From positions 984 to 64,983 of the IMG/VR virus record IMGVR_UViG_3300009180_000041: a stretch of DNA of 64,000 nucleotides; one strand, given 5' to 3'. The notes below the pieces were generated by a model. That model was given only the letters and a program-made list of their open reading frames with translations, searched no databases and was not told the DNA's origin. Origin of the DNA: a virus. Its lineage: Duplodnaviria; Caudoviricetes. Below are positions 1 to 9,495 of this stretch, one piece after another; within the stretch, counting starts at the first letter, position 1; each line of letters begins with the position of its first letter. A program made the translations under genes and the position numbers.

Positions 1-1
1 G

Positions 2-676
2 TCTCAAATTTACTTAGTATCACAAGATCGTAATGGTTTTGACTTAGAAGAATTTGACATTGAAAATCCAACATTAGAATTAGAATCAAATTATGGTAGT
101 GATTTTGTTCCTGTAAGTGAAAAAATTGTAAGTGAATTAAATAAAGATAATAATAGAGGTTTAGTATTATTACATGGTGAACCAGGTACAGGTAAAACAA
201 CATACATCAAATGGTTAGTAAGTCAAATTAAAGATAAGAATGTTATTTTTGTTCCACCATTTTTAACTGAGGCAATTACATCACCTGAATTTATTCCATT
301 TTTAGCTCAAAACAGTAATAGTGTATTAGTAATTGAAGATGCAGAACGAGTAGTAAGTGAAAGAGGCAATGGTGGGAGTGCAGTTGGAGTAAGTAATATA
401 TTAAATATGACTGATGGTATTATGGGTGACATTATGAAAATACAAATTATTTGTAGTTTTAATATGAATCGTAATAAAATTGACTCAGCATTGCTTCGTA
501 AAGGTAGATTGATTGCTGAACATAAGTTTGATGCTTTAGATGTAGATCACAGTAATAAATTATTAAGTAAATTAGGTAGTAAATCAACTACAGATGAACC
601 ACTAACATTAGCTCAAATCTATAATATTGATGAGGAAGAATACTTAGCTCCTTCTTCTAAAAAAATAGGTTTTTAA
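2..676 (+). CDS. AAA+ ATPase, 5'-truncated by the window edge
   Basis: The frame is open from base 2. Walker A LLHGEPGTGKT, Walker B LVIEDAE, and an SRH-like DSALLRKGR. The track ORF 407..676 is only the C-terminus. Confidence 0.9.
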   Translation, partial: SQIYLVSQDRNGFDLEEFDIENPTLELESNYGSDFVPVSEKIVSELNKDNNRGLVLLHGEPGTGKTTYIKWLVSQIKDKNVIFVPPFLTEAITSPEFIPFLAQNSNSVLVIEDAERVVSERGNGGSAVGVSNILNMTDGIMGDIMKIQIICSFNMNRNKIDSALLRKGRLIAEHKFDALDVDHSNKLLSKLGSKSTTDEPLTLAQIYNIDEEEYLAPSSKKIGF

Positions 677-711
677 AGTAAATTTTGTTATATTATATAA
701 AATAAAAAAAT

Positions 712-1086
712 ATGAATAATTTTTATTACCACATTGATGAAAATGATAGTTTAATATTTAAACCAAATAGATATGGGTTTGAATTGTACACAAAAGGTGA
801 AGCTAGTAAAGAAATTCACTTAGCCAACTATGAAAATTACACATGGAAATTTGAAGATATTACTCAACGTAGTACTTTCTTTACCATGTTGAAAATGGAT
901 CAAAAATCATTTCAACGAGCATTTAAAGCATACTGGAAATCAAAAGAAGAAATAGATAATTTTATTATTATCCAATGTGCTAAACGTAAGACTAAAATTG
1001 AGATAACAAAAATACTCCGTAAACTAAGAAATAAATTTAATAGTTGGTTTTATGGATTATATGAAGGAAACAATAGAAATAAATAA
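712..1086 (+). CDS. hypothetical protein
   Basis: ORF directly after the promoter at 687. Confidence 0.7.
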   Translation: MNNFYYHIDENDSLIFKPNRYGFELYTKGEASKEIHLANYENYTWKFEDITQRSTFFTMLKMDQKSFQRAFKAYWKSKEEIDNFIIIQCAKRKTKIEITKILRKLRNKFNSWFYGLYEGNNRNK

Positions 1087-1087
1087 T

Positions 1088-1345
1088 ATGTCAAATAAAC
1101 AATTAACACCAGAAGAACTAGAACTACTACAAAAAACAGTAGGCGAGTACGAACAAGCATCATTCAATGTAGGTCAATTCACATTAGAAATTGAAAACAT
1201 GAAAGCAGAACGTCGTGTATGGCTTGAAAAAGCAAATGAATCATTGTCAAACCGTGAAAGAATTCAAGAAGAATTACAAACTAAATACGGTTTAGGTAAA
1301 TTAAACATTACCACAGGAGAAATTACTAGTGAGCAAATCGACTAA
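1088..1345 (+). CDS. small coiled-coil hypothetical protein
   Basis: The ATG at 1088 follows the upstream stop and is a more likely start than 1052. C-terminal LQTKYGLGKLNITTGEI. Confidence 0.7.
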   Translation: MSNKQLTPEELELLQKTVGEYEQASFNVGQFTLEIENMKAERRVWLEKANESLSNRERIQEELQTKYGLGKLNITTGEITSEQID

Positions 1346-1493
1346 CTTACAAAAATTAGCTGTACTTAGAATATGGTTAGCTGATTTAGCGACTAAACGA
1401 CCAAAGAAAAAAGTTGTTGTAGTTGAAGAAGAATATTAAATTTTAGACTTTTATAAAATCTTTTGTTATATTATAATATAAAGATAAAATAAA

Positions 1494-1919
1494 ATGTCAT
1501 TACATAGAGAAATTAAACACTACAAAGACGGACGGGTTACAGATGAAATCATTTATTCAGAAACTACAACACGAAATTACATTCCTGAAGACAATGTGAC
1601 GTCTGTAGCCTCCTCTTGTTTTACTTATGAAGTAGAACACCCATACATGGCACCTGCATTAATGAAACGTGTAGATGGTTTATATATTGTGCCTCAAAAT
1701 ATTAAAGTACATCCACAAACAACAATTAAAGACATCAAATGGATTAGACCAGTTGATAAAGTAGAAAAAGTTGTAGAAACATTTGAAAGTGGAAGTGGAA
1801 TGGGTAAATACAAAACTACCTACAATCCAAATAATCAAAAGTTTAGCTGTTCTTGTATGGGATATTTTCGTTCAAAAGGTAATTGTAAACATGTTCAAGA
1901 ACTTAAATCAAAAATTTGA
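1494..1919 (+). CDS. SWIM zinc-finger protein
   Basis: C-terminal FSCSCMGY...CKH (CxC-Xn-CxH). Confidence 0.8.
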   Translation: MSLHREIKHYKDGRVTDEIIYSETTTRNYIPEDNVTSVASSCFTYEVEHPYMAPALMKRVDGLYIVPQNIKVHPQTTIKDIKWIRPVDKVEKVVETFESGSGMGKYKTTYNPNNQKFSCSCMGYFRSKGNCKHVQELKSKI

Positions 1920-1960
1920 TTTTTTTAGTAAAATAAGTTATATTATAATAAATAAAAGTT

Positions 1961-2746
1961 ATGAAAAAAAGAGGAAGACCAAGTAAATCAACCACAACTA
2001 AGTCTAAAGCGATTGTAGTTAAAACAGTTAAAATGAATGAATTGTCATTTGACAAGAATTTATTTACACCTATGAAAACTAATACTAAAGTAGATCAATT
2101 CTTTAGTGCTGATGGAGGTGTAATGCCAGGTACTAATATTGTAGTTACAGGTGATCCAGGTGTAGGTAAAACAACTGTATTATTAGATATGTTAGGTGAT
2201 TTACAAAGTAATAATAAATCATGTTTATTTATTTCAGGTGAAATGAATGCTATTGATATGGTAGGTTATGTTAAACGTTATCCTAAATTTGGTAAGTTAG
2301 ATATTTTGTTTTTAGGTGACTATGCAGATGAAGATCCAGAACAAGTAATTACTGAAGCATTAAAACCAGGTTATGACTGTGTGTTAGTAGATAGTATGAT
2401 TGAAGTAGCAGACATGATGGTTGATTATCATGGTGGTACTAATAAAGGCGCTTCAGGACGTTTACTACAGTTATTTGAGTATCATAATATGGGCTTAAAT
2501 AATTCTAAACGTAACACATCATTTTTAATTATACAACAAGTGACTAAGTCAGGTGGGTTTGCAGGTAGTAATAAACTAAAACATATGACTACAGCAATGG
2601 CTCATTTAAAATTTGAACCAAATGGCGAACGTTATTTACACTTTAGTAAGAATAGACGAGGAGGAAACATGAATAAATTATTTTATAGTTTAAGTTCTGT
2701 AAATAGAGTTGGATGGATGCATGAAGCACCATTAATAGAAGAATAA
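1961..2746 (+). CDS. RadA/Sms-like RecA-fold ATPase with N-terminal AT-hook
   Basis: GDPGVGKT, FISGE, VLVDS, QVTKSGGFAGSNKLKHM and SKNR motifs of the RadA ATPase domain. N-terminal KKRGRPSK. Confidence 0.85.
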   Translation: MKKRGRPSKSTTTKSKAIVVKTVKMNELSFDKNLFTPMKTNTKVDQFFSADGGVMPGTNIVVTGDPGVGKTTVLLDMLGDLQSNNKSCLFISGEMNAIDMVGYVKRYPKFGKLDILFLGDYADEDPEQVITEALKPGYDCVLVDSMIEVADMMVDYHGGTNKGASGRLLQLFEYHNMGLNNSKRNTSFLIIQQVTKSGGFAGSNKLKHMTTAMAHLKFEPNGERYLHFSKNRRGGNMNKLFYSLSSVNRVGWMHEAPLIEE

Positions 2747-2809
2747 AAATCTTTAATAAAAAGATGATTTTAACTATTTTTCTTGTTATATTATAGTAAG
2801 ATAAAAGAT

Positions 2810-3265
2810 ATGAGTAAATGTATAAAATGTAGAGTAAATTTACCTAATAAAAGAATTGAATTAGGATATAATGAATGTATTGAATGTGCTAATACTGAGG
2901 TATATGGAACAGTGAATTTAACATTTCATAAGACTGGTAATTCTCTCCAACATACAAGCAAAGAAACTGCACGTAAAATTAATAAAGCCTCACGTAGGAA
3001 CACTTATGGATCAAATTTAGGTTCAATTAAACCAGGTGGATATGAGGAATTCAAACGTGACATTCTAATAGGATGTAGCACATCTACAGTAGGTAGTGAA
3101 GGTATGTTTAATCGTGTTGGTGAAGAAGCAATGTTAAAATTAGATTTATTAGGACTTGATAAAGCGTTAGATTTCATTAAACGTAAACATGAATCTGCTA
3201 GTCTTAACTTTACTCAATATAAAAAATTAAAAGAAGTATTAGAAAATTTTGATTTAATTAAGTAA
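2810..3265 (+). CDS. zinc-finger hypothetical protein
   Basis: CxxC...CxxC. Likely start is ATG 2810; the track's TTG start lies inside the promoter. Confidence 0.7.
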   Translation: MSKCIKCRVNLPNKRIELGYNECIECANTEVYGTVNLTFHKTGNSLQHTSKETARKINKASRRNTYGSNLGSIKPGGYEEFKRDILIGCSTSTVGSEGMFNRVGEEAMLKLDLLGLDKALDFIKRKHESASLNFTQYKKLKEVLENFDLIK

Positions 3266-3297
3266 ATAAGTTATATTATAGTATAAAATAAAAAGAT

Positions 3298-4632
3298 ATG
3301 AGTATAAATACACAACAAGACGTAGCGAAAGCAGGAAGAACATTAATGTTAAAAGAACCATTTTATGGTTATTTCTTAGTAGGACTAAATAAAGACTTTA
3401 ATACAGCTGTACAAACAGCATGTGTAGCTAAAGATGGAATTAATATTAAATTAGTAGTTAATCCAGATTACTATGATAAACAAGATATTAATACTAAAGT
3501 AGCGATTTTGAAACATGAATTACTACATATTGCCTTTGAACACTTAGGAATGTTTGATCGGTTTAAAGACAAACAACTACTAAATGTAGCTGCTGATTTA
3601 GAAATTAATCAGTTTATTGAAGATCATTGGAAAGGTGAGACATGGGAAGGATTAGAAATTGTAAATGGTGAGTTTAAAGGTGTTAAGTTACCACCTAAAG
3701 CAGGTACTAGAGTGTATTATGATTTACTACAAACTGAACTTGATGAATATGATAAACAACAACAAGGTCAAGGACAAGGTCAAGGACAAGGTGGTGGTGG
3801 ACAAGGTGAAGGTGAAGGAGAAGGTGATGGAAATGGAAGTGGAAGTGGTACTGGTGAAGGTGAAGGTCAAGGACAAGGTGGTGGTGGAAGTGAATCATTT
3901 GCTGAATGGTTTAGAGGACAGGGACACGCTGATGAACATTCATTGTGGGAAGAATTTGAAAATATGTCTGAAGCAGAAAAGAAACTGATTAAGAAACAAA
4001 TCGATCACCAAATGAAAGAAGTAGCTGAACAAGTACAACGTTCAAGAGGAACAATACCTGGTGAATTAAGTAGTTATATTGATAAGTTGTTTGAAAAGAC
4101 TGAAAGTGTTATTGATTGGAAGTCATATCTAAGACGTTTTGGAGCTAGAGCGAGTAAGATTGAGACTAAAAAGACTCGTAAAAAACCAAATATTCGTTTT
4201 GGTTCAGGTCCAGCTATTAAAATTAATCCTAAACGTAAAACATTAGTAGCTATTGATACATCAGGTAGTGTTAGTGATAATGATTTAGTTGAGTTCTTTA
4301 ATGAAATTGAACATATTTTTAAATCAGGTACTGAAGTAACTATTATGGAGTGTGATTCTTATGTACATAGAACATATGAATACAACGGATTAAAAGAAGA
4401 AGCTCTAAGGGTTCAAGGTCGTGGAGGAACAAGTATGGACCCAGTAATGGAAGAAATATTTAAAACACCCGGTAAATATCAAAATTTAATTTATTTAACT
4501 GATCTTTATGTTCCGCCTCCAGTTAGAACACCATTAATTCCAATGTTATTTGTTGTTTGTAGTAATGGAACAACTGCTAATAGTGAGAATTTTCCAGGTA
4601 CTGTTATTCAAATCAAAAATAACAATAAATAA
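3298..4632 (+). CDS. metallopeptidase-like plus VWA domain protein (DUF2201-type MoxR partner)
   Basis: HELLH zincin motif, Gly/Gln/Glu low-complexity linker, MIDAS DTSGS, GRGGT and YLTD. Confidence 0.9.
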   Translation: MSINTQQDVAKAGRTLMLKEPFYGYFLVGLNKDFNTAVQTACVAKDGINIKLVVNPDYYDKQDINTKVAILKHELLHIAFEHLGMFDRFKDKQLLNVAADLEINQFIEDHWKGETWEGLEIVNGEFKGVKLPPKAGTRVYYDLLQTELDEYDKQQQGQGQGQGQGGGGQGEGEGEGDGNGSGSGTGEGEGQGQGGGGSESFAEWFRGQGHADEHSLWEEFENMSEAEKKLIKKQIDHQMKEVAEQVQRSRGTIPGELSSYIDKLFEKTESVIDWKSYLRRFGARASKIETKKTRKKPNIRFGSGPAIKINPKRKTLVAIDTSGSVSDNDLVEFFNEIEHIFKSGTEVTIMECDSYVHRTYEYNGLKEEALRVQGRGGTSMDPVMEEIFKTPGKYQNLIYLTDLYVPPPVRTPLIPMLFVVCSNGTTANSENFPGTVIQIKNNNK

Positions 4633-4644
4633 TATTTATATAAG

Positions 4645-5388
4645 ATGATTGGCATATATAAAATAACATCACCAAGCGGTAAGGTATATATAGGCCAATC
4701 TCTTGATATTAATGAAAGAAAAAAACATTACATAAACATAAACGCTGTTAAAAAGCAAGTAAAAATATTTAACTCATTAAACAAATATGGATGGGATAAA
4801 CATAATTTTGAAATAATTGAAGAATGTAGTGTTGAATTATTAGACGAAAGAGAAACACACTGGAAGCAGTACTATTTAGATCAAATAGATGGTGATTGGA
4901 ATAAAGTATTATTTTTAGGTTTATATGATAGTGGTGGAGGACCTAGAGAACAACATACTAAAGATAAAATGTCTGTAGGTATAAAAAAAGCTAAACAATC
5001 AATGACTGATGAACGAAGACAAGAAATAAGTAATAACATCAGTATTGGTCACGCTAGTATGACCAAAGAAGAAAAAGAACAATGGGGTACTAAAATAAGT
5101 GAAAGTCATAGTAATATGAATGAAGAAGCAAAACAAGAATGGGGAAATAAAATAAAAGAAAAGAAAATAGGACATATGTGTTATAAAGACCCAGAACGTG
5201 GAAAGAAAATAGGAGACAAAAATAGTATACCAGTACAACAGTATGATATTAATGGTAAATTTATTAAAGAATGGCCATCAGGAGCAGAAGCTTCTAGACA
5301 AACAGGAACAAACCATGGTGGAATCAGTATGTGTTTAAAAGGACAATTAAAATCAGCTAATAAATTTATTTGGAAATACAAACAATAA
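4645..5388 (+). CDS. free-standing GIY-YIG homing endonuclease with NUMOD-type DNA-binding domains
   Basis: MIGIYKITSPSGKVYIGQS at the N-terminus. NUMOD1-like C-terminus VQQYDINGKFIKEWPSGAEASR...FIWKY. Confidence 0.9.
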   Translation: MIGIYKITSPSGKVYIGQSLDINERKKHYININAVKKQVKIFNSLNKYGWDKHNFEIIEECSVELLDERETHWKQYYLDQIDGDWNKVLFLGLYDSGGGPREQHTKDKMSVGIKKAKQSMTDERRQEISNNISIGHASMTKEEKEQWGTKISESHSNMNEEAKQEWGNKIKEKKIGHMCYKDPERGKKIGDKNSIPVQQYDINGKFIKEWPSGAEASRQTGTNHGGISMCLKGQLKSANKFIWKYKQ

Positions 5389-5392
5389 AATA

Positions 5393-5761
5393 ATGGATAA
5401 AGAATTTATACCCTACGAACTTGCTTTAGAGTTAAAGCAACTTGGATTTAATGAACCTTGTTTTGGATATTATGAACCTAATAAAGAGTTTAAGTATGTA
5501 AATTGGGAAATATTCAAAGATTTCCCATATTTAGCAAAAAATAGTGAATGGGTAGATTTAGTTGCGGCACTAACCTACTCACAAGCATTCAGATGGTTTA
5601 GAGAGCAATATGGTTTATGCTTAGTAATTAAACCAATTGATGATAAGAAACTTGATTTAGGTTATAACTTGTTAAAAAACGGCTTGATTATAAGTGCACA
5701 TCTTACTTACGAGACAGCAGAACTTACTTGTCTTAAAAAATTAATTGAAATAGTAAAATAA
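5393..5761 (+). CDS. phage hypothetical protein
   Basis: ORF with FIPYELALELKQLGFNEPC and QAFRWFRE motifs. Confidence 0.7.
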   Translation: MDKEFIPYELALELKQLGFNEPCFGYYEPNKEFKYVNWEIFKDFPYLAKNSEWVDLVAALTYSQAFRWFREQYGLCLVIKPIDDKKLDLGYNLLKNGLIISAHLTYETAELTCLKKLIEIVK

Positions 5762-5959
5762 TGAAATTAAATGGTCAATTAAGCAAATGGTTCCTCAACT
5801 GTAAGGATGAGGAACTGTTTATGCTTGAATCAATGTCTAAAGGAGCACTGGGTCGAGTATGTTATATGTTGTCTTTAGAACAACAACTTTTATTAGAAAA
5901 AAGTAAAAAGAATAAGACATCTTCTAAAAATTAAGTTATATTATATTAAATAAAAAGTT

Positions 5960-6688
5960 ATGAACTTAGAAAATAATCTAAACGAGTTAGAACAAATACT
6001 TAATGATAAGTACATTGATATTATTAATAAACAACAATCAATTATGAACATTTGTTTACAACAGTTTGTTGAAAGTATTAAATGGGATGGGCCTAAACTT
6101 GAAGCTAAGATGATTAATGAAGACAGAAGATTAGAAATATTCTATTATAGTGACGACTCATATCTAAATAAAAATAGTTTAATAAATATAAATTTAGATT
6201 GGACTACTTTTAAAATAAAACAAATTAAACCAGCATTTGTTTACAATGAAAGTTATGAAGTAAATAATTTTGTTGAATTTAGACATGTTATATATAAATT
6301 AATGTATTATATTCAAAGTATATTAGATGAAGGTTTTATTAATATAAACACTATATTTAAACCTGTAATTGACACTCATATAAATGAATATAATAGTTAC
6401 TTAGAAATGAAAAAACTAGGTACCATGTTTAGAAATGGATATAATGGTTATAAACACCAATTGAAATTGGATGAAGTATTTCATAAAGGTGAAGCATATA
6501 ATAAAAATGGTAGAGACATACCACACAATGAAAAGGGTTGGGTTTATGTAGATAAAATTCAAATGTATAAAAATCCATCAGGAACATATGTTGTAACAGC
6601 TTATTTTGGTGATGAATTAAAAGCAACATATACTCGTATGAGTGAAGTAACATTAGAACAAACAATAAGAAATTTTATGTTTAATTAA
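5960..6688 (+). CDS. hypothetical protein
   Basis: Long ORF after the promoter at 5935. Confidence 0.75.
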   Translation: MNLENNLNELEQILNDKYIDIINKQQSIMNICLQQFVESIKWDGPKLEAKMINEDRRLEIFYYSDDSYLNKNSLININLDWTTFKIKQIKPAFVYNESYEVNNFVEFRHVIYKLMYYIQSILDEGFININTIFKPVIDTHINEYNSYLEMKKLGTMFRNGYNGYKHQLKLDEVFHKGEAYNKNGRDIPHNEKGWVYVDKIQMYKNPSGTYVVTAYFGDELKATYTRMSEVTLEQTIRNFMFN

Positions 6689-6742
6689 AAAAAAATAGAT
6701 TATTTTAAGATTTTAAGTTATATTATATAAGATAAAAAGATT

Positions 6743-7750
6743 ATGAAAATAGAAAAATATTACAGAATGGTAAGACAAGGATGGTCTAACAACATGACTT
6801 GGTCATTAGGAACAACTAGTTGGACCACAAATGATTTTATTGATGAAACTGATGTTAATAAAATTAAAACATTTATTAGTAGTATTAAAGATACTATGCC
6901 TACTTTAAAACCAAAAACAAATATATTAATTGATAAAAATAGTGACATACCTAGAAATAAACTAAAAGAATTTATTAATGATAATAACTTGAAAAAGGTT
7001 ACATTACTAAGTAAAGCTGATGTTATTATTGTTCGTCGTGAAACTATTAAAATGATGTTGAATTGGGAAGTAAAAACACTCAATAAAGTAGATAATAGTG
7101 ATGTTAAATCAATTAATAATGATATGGATGGTATGAATGTTTGGTTGTATCCAAATAATACTCAAGACACTGGATACCAAAATGTATTAAATAATTGTAC
7201 TGAAGTAAAAGGTTGGATGGTTGATGGTTATAGAAATAAAAAACAAAATGAGTCATTAGAATTTATTTATTCATTAATAGGTACTAAAGCTACTTTAGTT
7301 TATGATGATATAGCAGTTGGTACATTAAATAAAGATGGTTTGGATTTAGATGAAGACATTTATGATACATTACAAGGAATGATGTTAGCTAAAGACACAG
7401 CTACATTTAATTTAGGTATTGAAATGTTAAGTAATATTAATGTTGAAAATAACTTATTTAAAATTAGTTTATTAATGAATGAAACATTTAATAAAACAAG
7501 TAGATTCAATGCTATGTCACAGTATTCTAATAAGAATTTTAAAGCGTTACTAACATATCTAAGTGCTAATAAAATTAGATGGAATCAAAGTTGGGAAGTA
7601 TTTGGAATGAGTATGTATAGTAAGTTTAAATCAAGTGAACATGAAGTGTTTATTAAAAAGTATTTAATTAGTAATATTAATGATCGATTTAAAAAATTAA
7701 ATAACAATGATACAATTGAAATTTTAGATCTTGTTTTTAAAGAAGATTAA
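6743..7750 (+). CDS. hypothetical protein in the MoxR/VWA cluster (weak BRCT-like segment)
   Basis: Long ORF with its own promoter. IPRNKLKEF...KADVIIV segment. Confidence 0.7.
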   Translation: MKIEKYYRMVRQGWSNNMTWSLGTTSWTTNDFIDETDVNKIKTFISSIKDTMPTLKPKTNILIDKNSDIPRNKLKEFINDNNLKKVTLLSKADVIIVRRETIKMMLNWEVKTLNKVDNSDVKSINNDMDGMNVWLYPNNTQDTGYQNVLNNCTEVKGWMVDGYRNKKQNESLEFIYSLIGTKATLVYDDIAVGTLNKDGLDLDEDIYDTLQGMMLAKDTATFNLGIEMLSNINVENNLFKISLLMNETFNKTSRFNAMSQYSNKNFKALLTYLSANKIRWNQSWEVFGMSMYSKFKSSEHEVFIKKYLISNINDRFKKLNNNDTIEILDLVFKED

Positions 7751-7815
7751 AAAAATTAGAGTTTTAAAGTAAAAAAAGTTATATTATAGTATAAAATAAG
7801 ATAAAAATAAAAGAT

Positions 7816-8988
7816 ATGAAAAAAGAATTAGTAAGTATTAACCAGAGCGAGTTAAAAGAATTTTTAGGTCACATTATTGACAACAACAGACACTTACAAG
7901 CTAATGGTAAGGGACCAGTTAGTATTGAGGTTATTGGTGAATCAGGTATTGGTAAAACATCTAGTATTGTTCAGTTAGCTGAAGAATTAGATTTGAATTT
8001 TGTTAAGTTGAACTTAGCTCAAATTGAAGAAATTGGTGATTTAGTAGGTTTTCCAATTAGACAGTTTGAAGTTACTAATGGAACAGTTACTAAGTATGTT
8101 GATGAACCAGCACTTGATGATACTAAATCTGAAGGATTTAAAACTACAGGTAAAAATAGAATGAGTTATTGTCCACCTGAATGGATTGCCAATAAAGAAC
8201 AAGGTGGTATTTTGTTATTAGATGATTGGAATAGAGCTGACACAAGGTTTATTCAAGCTGTAATGGAATTGATTGATAGACAACAATATATTAGTTGGAC
8301 ATTGCCTAAAGATTGGCATATCATATTAACCGCCAATCCTGACAATGGTGATTATTTAGTAAACACTATTGACAACGCTCAGAAAACACGATTTATTAGT
8401 GTTCAATTAAAATTTGATATGGATTGTTGGTCTAAATGGGCTGAGAATAGTAATATAGATGGTCGTTGTATTAATTTTATGTTAATGAATCCAGAACTAA
8501 TTAATAAAGAAGTAAATAGTAGAAGTGCTGTTATGTTCTTTAATAGTATTAGTAGTATTAAATCGTTTGAAGATAGTTTGCCTTTGATTCAAATGGTTGG
8601 TGAGGGTTCAGTAGGTAGTGAATTTAGTAGTATGTTCACAATGTTTATCAATAATAAATTAGATAAAATTATTTCACCTCAGAGTATTATTGAGTCAAGT
8701 GATGAGTATGTAGTTAAAACATTAAAAGAAATTATTGGAATTAAAGAAAAATACAGAGCAGACATTGCCTCTACTATTAGTACTCGATTAGTAAATTATT
8801 TAGACAAATTCGCTAAGGACAATAAGGTTGAAAAATCAATTATTGAACGAATTAAATTAATAGTTAAGTCAGATATATTTACAACTGACATTTGTTTTAA
8901 TATGGTTAAAGGTATTTACAACGCCGACCAAAAGAAATATCAAATGATGTTATTAGATAAAGATTTGGCAACATATGTATTAAAATAA
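7816..8988 (+). CDS. MoxR-like AAA+ ATPase
   Basis: GESGIGKT, GDLVGFP, PPEW, LLLDDWNRA, ILTANP and DNAQKTRF. Confidence 0.9.
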   Translation: MKKELVSINQSELKEFLGHIIDNNRHLQANGKGPVSIEVIGESGIGKTSSIVQLAEELDLNFVKLNLAQIEEIGDLVGFPIRQFEVTNGTVTKYVDEPALDDTKSEGFKTTGKNRMSYCPPEWIANKEQGGILLLDDWNRADTRFIQAVMELIDRQQYISWTLPKDWHIILTANPDNGDYLVNTIDNAQKTRFISVQLKFDMDCWSKWAENSNIDGRCINFMLMNPELINKEVNSRSAVMFFNSISSIKSFEDSLPLIQMVGEGSVGSEFSSMFTMFINNKLDKIISPQSIIESSDEYVVKTLKEIIGIKEKYRADIASTISTRLVNYLDKFAKDNKVEKSIIERIKLIVKSDIFTTDICFNMVKGIYNADQKKYQMMLLDKDLATYVLK

Positions 8989-9000
8989 TAATTAATAAAC

Positions 9001-9043
9001 ACCATCAGCTCCTAACTAACAAGTTAGGGGCTTTTGGTAGTGA
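9001..9043 (+). terminator. stem-loop / probable terminator, copy 1
   Basis: Inner stem CCTAACT/AGTTAGG, followed by GGCTTTT, inside an outer ACCA/TGGT pairing. Confidence 0.6.
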
Positions 9044-9050
9044 AAATACT

Positions 9051-9281
9051 ATGACACAAGAAATTTTAGATACAATGAATGAGATATTAGATAATTTAAA
9101 ATCTATCTCAAATGAATTAGACGCGGTACAGTTTGACAGTTCAGTTAGTGATGATGTTATTGAAGACATAGACAATCAAGTAACACTTCCACTTGAAAAC
9201 ATTATCGACTCATTAGAAACTATGTTAATATCAATTGATAAATTTGATGATATTAATTACTATACTGACGAGGACAATTAA
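9051..9281 (+). CDS. small acidic hypothetical protein
   Basis: D/E-rich 76 aa ORF. Confidence 0.65.
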   Translation: MTQEILDTMNEILDNLKSISNELDAVQFDSSVSDDVIEDIDNQVTLPLENIIDSLETMLISIDKFDDINYYTDEDN

Positions 9282-9305
9282 GCTTTTATTTTTTATCTTT
9301 TATAT

Positions 9306-9349
9306 CTGCCACTGCTTGTAACTAATAAGTTACGGGCTTTTGGCGGTGA
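9306..9349 (+). terminator. stem-loop / probable terminator, copy 2
   Basis: GTAACT/AGTTAC stem plus GGGCTTTT, with outer GCCA/TGGC pairing. Confidence 0.6.
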
Positions 9350-9495
9350 CTGATTCCTACATTATTAGGTTAGTTTTTAAATTATTTTTTATCTTTTTAT
9401 TTAACTCTAAGGCCAGATTATTCTGGCCATTTGAGTTGAAAAGTTTTTAAATTTGTTTGTCTTTTTAAGAAAAAAACGTTATATTATATTATAAA

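Noticed and set aside
3665-3988. Alternative-frame KVKD and poly-His ORFs (3665+, 3707-)
   Set aside because: They are shadows of the GGT/GAA/CAA low-complexity linker of the VWA gene.
4645-5388. Group I intron around the GIY-YIG gene
   Set aside because: Flanking genes are complete and the intergenic gaps (12 and 4 nt) leave no room for an intron core.
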